The translations under genes and the position numbers were made by a program. From an uncultured Gammaproteobacteria bacterium (GTDB taxonomy: Bacteria > Patescibacteriota > Microgenomatia > 2-02-FULL-39-11): a stretch of DNA of 64,000 nucleotides. A model generated the notes under the pieces. It was not told where the DNA came from and ran no database searches. It saw nothing but the letters and a program-made list of their open reading frames with translations. This document shows positions 9,542 to 19,367 of this stretch, one piece after another; position 1 is the stretch's first letter; every line of letters begins with the position of its first letter. The stretch lies in contig CAYIFB010000004.1 in the NCBI GenBank assembly GCA_964362665.1, positions 13,349 to 77,348 on the forward strand, in the 5' to 3' direction.

Positions 9542-11139
9542 TAATTCTTTGAGTAAATATAAAACCAGGTTTTAGCAGGCTGATATATGCTTAGAGAATA
9601 AAATTGTTTTATCAGTCTTAATTTGTCCAATTTTGACGTTGAGATAAATAAAGAGTTTTCTTCTGTTAGGACTTTCTCCATAATTTTCTCTTGGGATACA
9701 AATTGAATATTGGATATTGAAAGTCTGTTATTTTCTTTCTGAATTAAACTTGGATCGATTTTATTATACCAGGCAAAAAATATAAAAGGATTTGCATATT
9801 CATCGTTAAAATAGATCGATCGATAATTTTCTCTCTGTTGCCAAACAAACGGAATAACATCCTGAAAATATCCCTGCCAGAAATATTCAGAATCTTGCTT
9901 ATAAAGCAAAGCGTAATCCTTGATATAAAAAGAAATATTGATTAAAAAAGACGCTATTATAATTATTATTGCAACTTTATAGAATTTATATTTTTTGGCA
10001 AAAGCCAATGTAAAAACCAAACCGAGTGTTATAAAGTAAGCAAAAGCCGGTAATGCTATTAATGTTCTTCCCGCATGTGGTATGTCATTTGTTAGTGAAG
10101 CCGGAATTGGGGCTAAAAACAACCAGGATACAAAAAAAATATTGATTTTATTATTAAAACCCTTCATATTAAATAAGCCGATAATTAAAAAAGGAAGACA
10201 AATAACAAGTAAATTACCATAATTCGGAAAAGAAGTTGTTGGTGAATTTCTGTCAAAAAACAAAAAGTCGGTCTGAAAATGTATTAGGTAATGTTTGAGT
10301 ATCTCTCCTGCAAGTACAAGTCTTCTATTGCTAATTATTCTGCATAATGGCAAATGCGCTTTTTGACAGCCGTCGTAAAGATTATTAGTTTTGACTGCGA
10401 TATATGGTTCATTGGTAATTAGTAAAAATTTAGCATGAATACCGGCCACTCCGTATACGGTTTGCCATAAGATTACACCGCCGGTTAAAATTATTAATGT
10501 AATAGCCAGCCATTTTTTTATTATTTCTTTCTTTAAATTTTTTCTGAAAAACACTAAAAAATAAATTAACAAAATTACTGGCACAAAAAAGCGGGAAGAA
10601 TTATATGTGTACATGGATAAACCGAAAGATAAACCAGCAAGTATCTGGAAAAATTTTCTCTCAGTAACAAAAAAATAAAATCCTGCGGACATATAAGCAA
10701 ATGAAATAATCGGATCTAATGCAGCGCGGCTAAAATGGATATGCCATGGGGATATTGCAACAATTAATGCTGTCAGGAAACTAAGAATATTATTATTTGT
10801 TACTCTAAGCATAAAAGCATATAAAAAAAGAATGCTGACAATACCTAAAATGGCCGGAACGATACGTATCGAAAAATTTGATTCTCCAAATAATCTAATT
10901 ACGGGAATATACATATATGAAAGCGCCGCAGGTTTATACTCACCAAATGATTTAAGATACATCGGGTTTTTCACTCCCCATTCGTCTTTGCCTGTGAGCA
11001 TAAGAGAATACGCGTTATAGCCATAAGCAGTTTCGTCCCAATTTAAGCCATATGGAATACTGCCTATCCACAAAATACGGAAAAATGCAGATATTAAAAT
11101 AAGGAATATATAAGTAAATAATTTATTATTACGACTCAT
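9541..11139 (-). CDS. GT-C family glycosyltransferase (GT39/ArnT/PMT-like)
   Basis: N-terminal loop with a DE motif (LNWDETAYGYNAYS) typical of ArnT/PMT GT-C enzymes; polytopic membrane topology. Confidence 0.55.
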   Translation of the reverse strand: MSRNNKLFTYIFLILISAFFRILWIGSIPYGLNWDETAYGYNAYSLMLTGKDEWGVKNPMYLKSFGEYKPAALSYMYIPVIRLFGESNFSIRIVPAILGIVSILFLYAFMLRVTNNNILSFLTALIVAISPWHIHFSRAALDPIISFAYMSAGFYFFVTERKFFQILAGLSFGLSMYTYNSSRFFVPVILLIYFLVFFRKNLKKEIIKKWLAITLIILTGGVILWQTVYGVAGIHAKFLLITNEPYIAVKTNNLYDGCQKAHLPLCRIISNRRLVLAGEILKHYLIHFQTDFLFFDRNSPTTSFPNYGNLLVICLPFLIIGLFNMKGFNNKINIFFVSWLFLAPIPASLTNDIPHAGRTLIALPAFAYFITLGLVFTLAFAKKYKFYKVAIIIIIASFLINISFYIKDYALLYKQDSEYFWQGYFQDVIPFVWQQRENYRSIYFNDEYANPFIFFAWYNKIDPSLIQKENNRLSISNIQFVSQEKIMEKVLTEENSLFISTSKLDKLRLIKQFYSLSIYQPAKTWFYIYSKN

Positions 11140-11277
11140 GATTTTTTAACTCGGTAAATAGATCTTTTATATGAGATGTCCAGACATAATTCACTTCATT
11201 TTACATCAAACTAATTTTTCTTGAATAAGTTTGATATAATCTATTTAAACCTGCTGACATATTAATACTTAAAATAA

Positions 11278-12369
11278 ATGAATTTTAAGGATTTAATCAT
11301 CGTATTTTTTTCATTATTTGATGTGGTATCAGGTGCCATAATTGCATTAAGTTATGGTTTTTTGATGCTTCCTTCAGCCATCGGTTATGCTGTCGGCGCT
11401 ATAGGAAGTTTGATTGTAGGATCCGTAACTCCGGTCAGCTTCATGTATGAAAGTATGGTTTTATCTTTCGGACAATCCTCAAATTTTAAATACAGAATAT
11501 CTATGATTCTCTGGGCAGCATTGCTGACAGGTGTTTTGGGTTTGTTCGGTCTACCTCAATTTATTGTCAATTCCATCGGTCAGGAAATTTTTTTGGGAAT
11601 GCTGGCAGGAGTCGGTCTGTATTTGGGAAAAGTTGGTTTAGAAATTGCTTATCAAAATAAAAAAATAGGGATTCCCTGCCTGATAATTGCCGTCGCCACA
11701 CAGCTTTTAAAAAACGATTTAATTCTCACGGTTTCACTCAGCATTCCCTTCGGTATTATACTTTTTTTAATTTATAACAAAAAATATGGCGAGAAAGAAA
11801 GAACTGTATACCATATAAAAATTCCTGTTTATAAATCCTGGATGCATATGGTGAAGTCAGAAATGAAATTGATTATTCCCGTAATAAACCGCAGGGTTTT
11901 AGTTGGAACACTGGCATTAAGTACTCTGACTATCGGCGGAAATATCGCTTATACCGCAGCAAATACGCAGATATCTCATACTTTAGCCACTTATAATCAA
12001 TCAACGGTTATTTCTAGCCTGGCTGATTTTGCGTCGTCTCTTTTTGGTGGAGCGAATATGGAACTTATCGTAACTCCAACAGCTTCGGCACCTCATCCTA
12101 TATTAGCCGGTATTCTGTTCATGTCAGTGGCTGCAATTATTTTAGCTACCGGCTTAGTACATAAAATAGCACGTTTTGTACCGATTGCTGCAATGGGAGG
12201 CTACCTTTTTGTAATAGGAGTGTTAATTATCTTGCCCTATAATGCTTATGATGCCTTTAAGGCCGGAAATGCGGGAATCGTCAGTTTGACGATGGCGATT
12301 ACTTTATTTACTAATCCGTTTTACGGGATTCTTGCAGGGGTTGCTTCCAAAATATTATTAGGCTCATAA
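11278..12369 (+). CDS. Integral membrane permease-like protein (family uncertain)
   Basis: About 10 hydrophobic segments. An extended -10 element (TGaTATAAT) at 11232-11240 lies upstream. Confidence 0.4.
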   Translation: MNFKDLIIVFFSLFDVVSGAIIALSYGFLMLPSAIGYAVGAIGSLIVGSVTPVSFMYESMVLSFGQSSNFKYRISMILWAALLTGVLGLFGLPQFIVNSIGQEIFLGMLAGVGLYLGKVGLEIAYQNKKIGIPCLIIAVATQLLKNDLILTVSLSIPFGIILFLIYNKKYGEKERTVYHIKIPVYKSWMHMVKSEMKLIIPVINRRVLVGTLALSTLTIGGNIAYTAANTQISHTLATYNQSTVISSLADFASSLFGGANMELIVTPTASAPHPILAGILFMSVAAIILATGLVHKIARFVPIAAMGGYLFVIGVLIILPYNAYDAFKAGNAGIVSLTMAITLFTNPFYGILAGVASKILLGS

Positions 12370-12498
12370 ATATTTATTTTTCTGCTAAACTATATCACGT
12401 GTGGATAAATATTGAACGGTTTAACCTGTTTAATTTTGTAATTATCAATCATAAATTCTTCATCAGATATTCATCTTTTTAGTGTATAATCCCCTTAC

Positions 12499-13167
12499 AT
12501 GAGAATACTTTTTGTTGAAGACGAAAGACGTCTGGCAAATATTGTCAAAAAAGGACTTGCTGAAGAAGGGTTTGCCGTAGACTTGGCATATGACGGAGAA
12601 GATGGAAAATATCTTGCGGAGTCTGAAGCATATGACCTTATAATACTGGATATAACACTTCCTAAAATAGACGGCTTGACCATTTGTAGAGAACTTCGTA
12701 AAAAGAACATCAAAACTCCCATTATGATGTTAACAGCCAGAACATTACTCGAAGAAAAAGTCATAGGATTGGACAGCGGGGCTGATGATTATCTGACCAA
12801 ACCGTTTGCCTTTTTGGAACTCCGGTCTCGAATACACGCTCTTATTAGACGAAGCAAAAAAGAATCTTCACCTATTTTAAAAATTGCTGATTTAGAACTT
12901 GATCCGATCAAGCACACCGTGCAAAGAGGTAAAAAAAAGATCAATCTAACCCCGAAGGAATTTTCGGTATTGGAATTGCTTCTTCGCCATAAAGATGGAG
13001 TAGTCTCAAGAACAATGATTACCGAACACGTCTGGGATTATAATTTTGACAGCATGAGTAACGTGGTAGATGTCTTTATCGCATCCCTTCGGCGAAAAGT
13101 TGATAAAGGTTTCAAAGTACACTTAATTCATACCCTGCACGGTATCGGATATAAAATTAGCGAATAA
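12499..13167 (+). CDS. OmpR-family response regulator, CusR/CopR-like (heavy-metal responsive)
   Basis: Receiver domain with phospho-acceptor D in LIILDITLP, K in LTAR, and a C-terminal winged helix. There is a high block-by-block resemblance to CusR/CopR. Confidence 0.85.
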   Translation: MRILFVEDERRLANIVKKGLAEEGFAVDLAYDGEDGKYLAESEAYDLIILDITLPKIDGLTICRELRKKNIKTPIMMLTARTLLEEKVIGLDSGADDYLTKPFAFLELRSRIHALIRRSKKESSPILKIADLELDPIKHTVQRGKKKINLTPKEFSVLELLLRHKDGVVSRTMITEHVWDYNFDSMSNVVDVFIASLRRKVDKGFKVHLIHTLHGIGYKISE

Positions 13168-13241
13168 ATATGATCCTTCGACATAGCTCTGGATCATAGT
13201 GAGGACTTCGGCTGAGCTCAGTCGAAGCCTCCAATCGAACT

Positions 13242-14639
13242 ATGAATACGAAAAGCGTCAGATTCCGTCTTACGATCTGGTATTCCCTGGCCTTTTTTAT
13301 AGCCAGTATTGTCATTTTTGCCAGTTTCTATTTTATCACTAAACAAGCTCTGTACTCACAAACAGACGCCACGCTTGATTCCCACGGACGTAAAATTGTA
13401 GAAGTAGTAACTCGTGAAGAAAGCAAATCCTGCCAGTCATGTCAGATGATGGCACGAGACGCTTTTCTTCGTGAATTCAGTGATATACCAGGAATGGTAG
13501 TAATTTTAATGGATAACACAGGAAATATTGTAGGCAGTTCTGTCACGGTCGACAGATCTGACAAAAAACTCTCCCAGCTTTTTGAACAGGTTTCAAAAAC
13601 CAATTCTCCCCATATTACTGATCATTTTATTTCTGACCTCAAAATGCGTTTTTGGATTGATCCAATTTATAAAAATGACCAACTGCTGGGAGTGGTTTTT
13701 GTGGGACATCCGATAGATGTAATTGAGAAATCTCTTAACGATTTGATTCTTATGCTGATAGCCGTATTTATAGTATTTTTAATTCCGACGATTTTTGGCG
13801 GGTATCTTTTAGCTAAAAGTGCGATTCAGCCAATCGCTCTGATATCGGAAAAACTGAAAAAAATCAGCAGTGAAAATCTCGATGAACGTGTCGCAACTCC
13901 AAATACCAATGATGAAATTAAAGAACTAGCCGTAACATTTAATAGCCTGCTTGACCGTTTAAGCCAGGCATTTAAAAGAGAAAGACAATTCATAGGAGAT
14001 GTTGCTCATGAACTCAAAACGCCTCTAGCAACACAGCGCAGTAATATTGAAGTAATTCTGGCAAAAGACAGAAATAAAAATGAATATGTAAGAGCACTAA
14101 ATGAAAATTTAGTAGATAACAATAGAATGTCAGTCACTCTTGATAATATTTTGGACCTGGCCTGGTCGGAAGCGGAAGTAACTACTCACTTTGAGATATT
14201 TAATCTGTCAGAACTAGTTGAAGAGATTCGCGATTTAGCAACTAAAATGGCTACATCAAAAAATATTAAAATTATTGGAGAAACCGCTCCAGATATTAAA
14301 ATACACGGGAAAAGAGATAAATTGTTCCATGCTGTACTAAATATTGTGGATAATGCAGTCAAATATACAAATGATCAAGGAACAGTAACTATTTCACTTC
14401 ATAAAACTTCAAACAAGATTAATTTACAGATAAAAGATGACGGAATCGGAATTGCAAAAAAAAATCTTCCGCATATTTTTGAAAGGTTTTATAGGGGTAC
14501 TAATAATGATAAGATTTCGGGTTCCGGGCTTGGACTGGCAATTGCGCATGCGATTATTTCCTCCCATCACGGAAACATAGATATTAAAAGTTCAATTGGA
14601 CAAGGTACAATTGTTTCTATCACATTTCTCTGTTCTTAA
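13242..14639 (+). CDS. Sensor histidine kinase (CusS/CopS-like), two TM + HAMP + HisKA + HATPase
   Basis: H-box GDVAHELKTPLA, N-box VDNAVKYT, G-boxes DDGIGI and GSGLGLAIA. Confidence 0.85.
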   Translation: MNTKSVRFRLTIWYSLAFFIASIVIFASFYFITKQALYSQTDATLDSHGRKIVEVVTREESKSCQSCQMMARDAFLREFSDIPGMVVILMDNTGNIVGSSVTVDRSDKKLSQLFEQVSKTNSPHITDHFISDLKMRFWIDPIYKNDQLLGVVFVGHPIDVIEKSLNDLILMLIAVFIVFLIPTIFGGYLLAKSAIQPIALISEKLKKISSENLDERVATPNTNDEIKELAVTFNSLLDRLSQAFKRERQFIGDVAHELKTPLATQRSNIEVILAKDRNKNEYVRALNENLVDNNRMSVTLDNILDLAWSEAEVTTHFEIFNLSELVEEIRDLATKMATSKNIKIIGETAPDIKIHGKRDKLFHAVLNIVDNAVKYTNDQGTVTISLHKTSNKINLQIKDDGIGIAKKNLPHIFERFYRGTNNDKISGSGLGLAIAHAIISSHHGNIDIKSSIGQGTIVSITFLCS

Positions 14640-14737
14640 AATATTCAACCGTGTTCTGAAAAGGAAATTTCAATTTATAAATATTAAGTAATGAGCGCCT
14701 GCGCGAAGCTACGGCGACTCTAAGGAGGTGAAATTTT

Positions 14738-15007
14738 ATGAAAAATCAATCGTATGTTTTACCAAATACTTTAGCTGTAACAACGCTAATTGTTTATGTA
14801 CTGTGCCGATTATTGGTAGGACTGTTTCCTGATACTTTTTTCACTATAGCTCAATCCTGGTTTCATGGTATTGCGCTAAATAAATTAGATTCTTGGAACT
14901 TAACCATGAGTTCATTTGTCTTGGGAATAGCATCATCAACAATTACTGTCTGGGTAATCGGTTATATTTTCGGATACGTATATAACTACTTACAAAGGAG
15001 AAAGTAA
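14738..15007 (+). CDS. Small membrane protein (89 aa)
   Basis: AAGGAGGTG ribosome-binding site 7 nt upstream; two to three TM helices. Confidence 0.45.
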   Translation: MKNQSYVLPNTLAVTTLIVYVLCRLLVGLFPDTFFTIAQSWFHGIALNKLDSWNLTMSSFVLGIASSTITVWVIGYIFGYVYNYLQRRK

Positions 15008-15010
15008 TAG

Positions 15011-15454
15011 ATGAGAAAGTATTTTTACATTACCCTAATTATTCTTTTTTTTACGGGTTGGGCGTATGTGTTTAAAATCCACCAGAATAAATTTAATGCT
15101 CCTGCCAAAAAAACTGCTTCACAAACACAAAAATATACTGACATTACCAGTGATCAACTTTTTGAAATGTTAAAAAATAAAGATTTTTATTTTATAAATG
15201 TCCACACGCCATACGAAGGAGAAATAGAAAAAACAGATGCCTTTATTCCCTATAACGAAATTGATAAAAATCTTGATAAAATGCCTAAAGATAAAAATGC
15301 TAAAATTGTTCTTTACTGCCGAAGCGGCAGAATGAGCGCAGAAGCTTCACAAAAACTTACAGAATTGGGATATACGAATGTCTACAACCAAATTTTGGGT
15401 ATGCACGACTGGCAGTCAAAAGGCTACCCTGTGAAAACCAAAAAATCTTCATAA
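15011..15454 (+). CDS. Rhodanese-domain (sulfurtransferase) protein with N-terminal membrane anchor
   Basis: Active-site loop CRSGRMS within a rhodanese fold pattern. Confidence 0.7.
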   Translation: MRKYFYITLIILFFTGWAYVFKIHQNKFNAPAKKTASQTQKYTDITSDQLFEMLKNKDFYFINVHTPYEGEIEKTDAFIPYNEIDKNLDKMPKDKNAKIVLYCRSGRMSAEASQKLTELGYTNVYNQILGMHDWQSKGYPVKTKKSS

Positions 15455-15489
15455 AATCTTCATGGAAAATACTGTACAATGAAATAACT

Positions 15490-17556
15490 ATGACCACATA
15501 CACTTGTCCTATGGATCCAGATATCATCACGGAACAACCCGGAAACTGTCCTAAATGTGGAATGAAACTTGTTCCGCTAACTGCAGTTGAACATGAAGGA
15601 CATGAAGATCACACCTCAATGGAAAAGGAATTCCGGAAACGGTTCTTTATTACACTCCCCTTTGTTTTTTTTACTATGCTGCTCTCTCCCAATATTCAGA
15701 AATGGCTGGGTTTTAGTCTTATATTTGAACAAAGTGAGATTATTCTATTTATTATCGGTACTTTTATATTCTTTTTCGGAGGTATTCCATTTTTTCGGGC
15801 AGCCAAAGGAGAGCTTTCTCATAAAAACCCCGGCATGATGACTTTAGTGGCTCTGGCCATAACAGTTGGTTTCACTTTCTCCGTCGCGGCAACCTTTCTA
15901 TTCCCTAGCGAATCACTTTATTGGGAAATCTCAACCTTAATATCAGTATTTTTACTCGGCCACTGGCTGGAAATGCGGGCTGTACGCGGAACCACCGGAG
16001 CACTGGCTGAACTGGCAAAACTTATTCCCCCATCGGCTCATCTTTTGAAAAACGGGACAACTGTCGAAGTAAAAACAAGTGAAGTCGTCAAAGGAGATAA
16101 GGTATTAGTCAAACCTGGAGAAAAAATCCCAATTGATGGAATTGTTGTTGATGGAGAAAGTTCAGTAAATGAATCAATGGTCACCGGAGAATCACGTCCT
16201 ATCGGAAAAACCAAAGGGAATAAAGTCATTGGCGGAACGATAAATCAGGATGGCGCCTTGACAATTGAAGTCACTAAAACAGGTTCAGAAACCGCTGTTT
16301 CTCAAATTATGAAATTAATCCGCGAGGCACAAAATTCCAAACCAAACGTCCAGCACCTGGCTGATCGTGCGGCTAATGTCCTCACGTTTGTGGCTCTTTT
16401 TGCCGGATCCGGAGCGTTCATTTATTGGTTTTTTATTGCGCCTTCCGGAGCTGTTTTTGCAGCAACACTTGCGGTTTCCGCGATTGTCGTCGCCTGTCCT
16501 CATGCTTTGGGGTTGGCGATACCAACTGTAACGACCATAACCTCAACTCTGGGGGCAAAAAACGGAATTCTCATTAAAGACATGAAAGGATTGGAAATCG
16601 CCCGGAAAATTGATTACGTCGTTTTTGATAAAACAGGTACACTTACCCGCGGTGAATTTGGTGTAGACAAAATAATAAAAACGAAAAAATCTTCTTTTTC
16701 AGAAGATGAATTGCTGATGCTCGCCTCTTCAGTTGAAACTAAATCCCAACATTCCATTGCTCAGGGAATCGTCAATGAAGCTAATAAAAAGATCGGCAGT
16801 ATTCCGGAAGTTTTAAATTTTAAATCATTTCCGGGACGCGGGGCGCAAGGAAAAGTAGACGGTAAAAGCGTTATAGTCGGCAATAAAAAACTCCTTGAAG
16901 AATTAAAAATTGAAATGGAAGAAATTGGTGTTTTAGGACAGGGAAAAACCCCGGTATATATTGTTGTTAATGATATTTTCCAGGGAACCATATATCTTGC
17001 CGATATTATTCGTGAAGAATCAAAAGAAGCCATAGCAAAACTCCATGAGATGGGAATAAAAACTGCCATGCTTACGGGTGATGCTCAAGATGTGGCAGAT
17101 GCTGTAGGAAAACAACTTCAGGTTGATACAATTTTTGCTCAGGTCTTGCCGGATGAAAAAGTAGATAAAGTGAAGCAGTTGCAAAAAGAGGGTCATATTG
17201 TGGCAATGGTTGGAGATGGGGTTAATGATGCCCCGTCTCTCACCCAATCCCATGTCGGAATTGCCATCGGTGCAGGTACTGATGTAGCGGTGGAATCAGC
17301 AGATATAGTTCTTATGAAAAACAACCCGCTTGATGTGGTCAAAGCGATTACACTCAGCCGCAAGACAAACACCAAAATGGTACAGAATCTCATCTGGGCC
17401 ACCGGATATAACATCTTTGCTATCCCGACCGCAGCAGGTTTATTTTATCCCTCATTTGGTATTTTACTTCGTCCTGAATGGGCTGCGCTTCTAATGAGCG
17501 CTTCATCAGTTATCGTTGTATTTAATGCTCTTTTATTGAGAAAAGCTAAATTATGA
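15490..17556 (+). CDS. copB: P1B-type heavy-metal ATPase, CopB-like (CPH motif)
   Basis: N-terminal CPMDP...CPKCGM metal-binding motif; TM6 motif CPH (IVVACPHALG); DKTGTLT; GDGVNDAP. Confidence 0.85.
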   Translation: MTTYTCPMDPDIITEQPGNCPKCGMKLVPLTAVEHEGHEDHTSMEKEFRKRFFITLPFVFFTMLLSPNIQKWLGFSLIFEQSEIILFIIGTFIFFFGGIPFFRAAKGELSHKNPGMMTLVALAITVGFTFSVAATFLFPSESLYWEISTLISVFLLGHWLEMRAVRGTTGALAELAKLIPPSAHLLKNGTTVEVKTSEVVKGDKVLVKPGEKIPIDGIVVDGESSVNESMVTGESRPIGKTKGNKVIGGTINQDGALTIEVTKTGSETAVSQIMKLIREAQNSKPNVQHLADRAANVLTFVALFAGSGAFIYWFFIAPSGAVFAATLAVSAIVVACPHALGLAIPTVTTITSTLGAKNGILIKDMKGLEIARKIDYVVFDKTGTLTRGEFGVDKIIKTKKSSFSEDELLMLASSVETKSQHSIAQGIVNEANKKIGSIPEVLNFKSFPGRGAQGKVDGKSVIVGNKKLLEELKIEMEEIGVLGQGKTPVYIVVNDIFQGTIYLADIIREESKEAIAKLHEMGIKTAMLTGDAQDVADAVGKQLQVDTIFAQVLPDEKVDKVKQLQKEGHIVAMVGDGVNDAPSLTQSHVGIAIGAGTDVAVESADIVLMKNNPLDVVKAITLSRKTNTKMVQNLIWATGYNIFAIPTAAGLFYPSFGILLRPEWAALLMSASSVIVVFNALLLRKAKL

Positions 17557-17747
17557 ATCTAATAACAAATAGTATACTAACTTGCCCATCCTGTAACAAA
17601 AAACAAACCGTAGAAATGCCAACTAATGCCTGCCAACATTTCTACAAATGTATTCACTGCAACAAATTACTCAAGCCCAAAAAAGGAGATTGCTGTGTAT
17701 TCTGTTCATATGCCGATACCAAGTGTCCACCAAAACAATCCGAATAA
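17553..17747 (+). CDS. Cysteine-rich small protein (64 aa, at least 9 Cys), probably metal-binding
   Basis: Its ATG overlaps the copB stop as ATGA, which indicates translational coupling. It contains CPSC, CIHC, GDCCVFC and KCPP motifs. Confidence 0.5.
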   Translation: MNLITNSILTCPSCNKKQTVEMPTNACQHFYKCIHCNKLLKPKKGDCCVFCSYADTKCPPKQSE

Positions 17748-17777
17748 AATCTTAAGTTTACCCCGATTAATTAATTT

Positions 17778-18449
17778 ATGGGAAAAAATTATTACAAAAG
17801 ATTTGGAGTAGTACTGAGAAATCCCCTTTTTTCAGTTTATTTACGATGGGCATATGAACAGGGTTTGAGGGATGTAGAGTCATTGGGTATTCAGCCAAAC
17901 TTTAATAAAATGGGTTTTTCCTGTTTACTTTCCGGATGTGGCAATGAACAAACTGCCGATACATTTATACAGTTTATGATCCAAAGAAACAAAAATGCAA
18001 AGATTTACATTATTGATCTGGGCGATGAACAAATACAAGCCATACAAAAGCTGGTAGCTTTAAAATATAATGATTTTAGTATTGAAGTACATAAGTTAAA
18101 CGCTCTTGATTTGGCTAGAATCATCAATCCCAAATCATTGGATTGGATAGAAACTGACGGATTTATGGAATATTTTGATCACCAGTCTTTGAAAAAACTG
18201 CTTCAAATTTGGCATCTGCTCTTGAAAAAAGATGGATTTATTACCACTCGCGATTGTGTATCAGAAGGAAAATTGACGCAAGTTGCCGATTTTTTCAGAA
18301 TTAATACTGCAAATCTCTGGTTAGGAGTGAAATTGTTCGCACATACAAAACAGGATTTTGAAAATTTATTTCATACTATCGGTTTTAAACACTTTTTTGG
18401 TAATACATGGCTTTACACTTACCGAAGATTTGCTTTGATTAAATTATAA
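17778..18449 (+). CDS. Putative class I SAM-dependent methyltransferase
   Basis: Motif I-like LSGCGNEQ, motif II-like IIDLGD, and a motif III-like LKKDGFI block. Confidence 0.4.
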   Translation: MGKNYYKRFGVVLRNPLFSVYLRWAYEQGLRDVESLGIQPNFNKMGFSCLLSGCGNEQTADTFIQFMIQRNKNAKIYIIDLGDEQIQAIQKLVALKYNDFSIEVHKLNALDLARIINPKSLDWIETDGFMEYFDHQSLKKLLQIWHLLLKKDGFITTRDCVSEGKLTQVADFFRINTANLWLGVKLFAHTKQDFENLFHTIGFKHFFGNTWLYTYRRFALIKL

Positions 18450-18475
18450 ATACAGATGCACTCCTTAGAAATACA

Positions 18476-18505
18476 TTGACAGATACGCAATCTATAGTAT
18501 ATGAT
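18476..18505 (+). promoter_or_regulatory. Sigma70-like promoter for the padR-like gene, with an adjacent 10-bp palindrome
   Basis: TTGACA at 18476-18481, a 16-18 nt spacer, then TATATG/TATGAT. The palindrome ACATATATGT sits at 18510-18519. Confidence 0.4.
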
Positions 18506-18896
18506 ATTTACATATATGTGTAAGACTTGTGGGTGTTCATCTCGTTCAAGAGAAATCGGAAACATTGAACGGTTTATCGAACCATGTATTCTCCTTCTCT
18601 TGTCTAAAAGCCCATCACACGGTTATGGACTCATGGAAGATTTGGAAAAGCATTGCGGCGAAAAGGTAGATATCGGGGATTTATACCGGACACTCAGGCG
18701 GATGGAAAAAGATATTTGGGTGAAGTCTGATTGGGAAAAGAACGAAGCCGGTCCAGACAGAAGAACATATACAATTACTGCCGATGGAAAAAGCTTCTTA
18801 AAGTCTGCTGCCTCCTCTCTCATTCGTACTGATAAACTCATTCACAGGTTTCTGGAGGGTTATAAAAAGATGTATCAAATTAATACACTAATATGA
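18501..18896 (+). CDS. PadR-family transcriptional regulator with Cys-rich N-terminal extension
   Basis: PadR winged-helix blocks (HGYGLM, GPDRRTYTITADG). The N-terminus contains CKTCGC. An alternative start at 18516 is likely given the promoter position. Confidence 0.6.
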   Translation: MIFTYMCKTCGCSSRSREIGNIERFIEPCILLLLSKSPSHGYGLMEDLEKHCGEKVDIGDLYRTLRRMEKDIWVKSDWEKNEAGPDRRTYTITADGKSFLKSAASSLIRTDKLIHRFLEGYKKMYQINTLI

Positions 18897-19213
18897 AATT
18901 TGCAGTTATCCTTTCTACTAAAAATGCAGAAACCAACTGGAATGCGTTTAGACTTGCTAATCTGGCGCTTAGTAAAGGTGATGCTGTTTCCGTATTTCTG
19001 GTTGGCGAGGGGGTAGAGTATGGAAAGAATACTTCTGCTCAATTTGACATCACTCAACAAGTACAAAAATTTATGGAATCAGACGGGAAGATTATCGCCT
19101 GTGGCACCTGCATGGCAATTCGTAAACAAAAAAGCACCCAAGAATGCCCTGCCGGTGGGATTGAAGATTTATATTCTCTGATAGTTGTAAGTGACAAGGT
19201 GTTAACATTTTAA
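18893..19213 (+). CDS. DsrE/DsrF-like family protein
   Basis: Size of about 106 aa and a pattern typical of the DsrE/DsrF/TusD-like fold, including the ACGTCM Cys motif. It overlaps padR by 4 bp. Confidence 0.55.
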   Translation: MKFAVILSTKNAETNWNAFRLANLALSKGDAVSVFLVGEGVEYGKNTSAQFDITQQVQKFMESDGKIIACGTCMAIRKQKSTQECPAGGIEDLYSLIVVSDKVLTF

Positions 19214-19232
19214 TCAAGGAGGTGGATGAATT

Positions 19233-19364
19233 ATGATGGGAAATTACTATGGAAATATGATGGCTGGATGGGGAGTATTCGGGTTAATCACTTGGATACT
19301 AATTATTACATTTCTTGTTCTGGGCATTATGTATTTTTGGAAAGAAATTAACAGGAGGAAGTAA
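19233..19364 (+). CDS. Unannotated 43-aa single-TM peptide (MMGNYYGNMMAGWGVFGLITWILIITFLVLGIMYFWKEINRRK)
   Basis: AAGGAGG 9 nt upstream of the ATG; a hydrophobic helix. Its 3' end supplies the ribosome-binding site (AGGAGG) for the DUF302 gene. Confidence 0.4.
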   Translation: MMGNYYGNMMAGWGVFGLITWILIITFLVLGIMYFWKEINRRK

Positions 19365-19367
19365 ATT

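Noticed and set aside
11221-11240. TTGAAT ... TATAAT promoter upstream of the permease gene
   Set aside because: The spacing between the TTGAAT and the TATAAT is only 8 nt. Only the extended -10 (TGaTATAAT) is plausible, so I mention it as evidence and do not call it a feature.
12485-12501. Leaderless transcription of the response regulator gene
   Set aside because: A TATAAT -10 at 12485-12490 sits only 8 nt before the ATG, implying a leaderless mRNA. The -35 is weak and there is no transcription start site evidence, so I did not list it as a feature.
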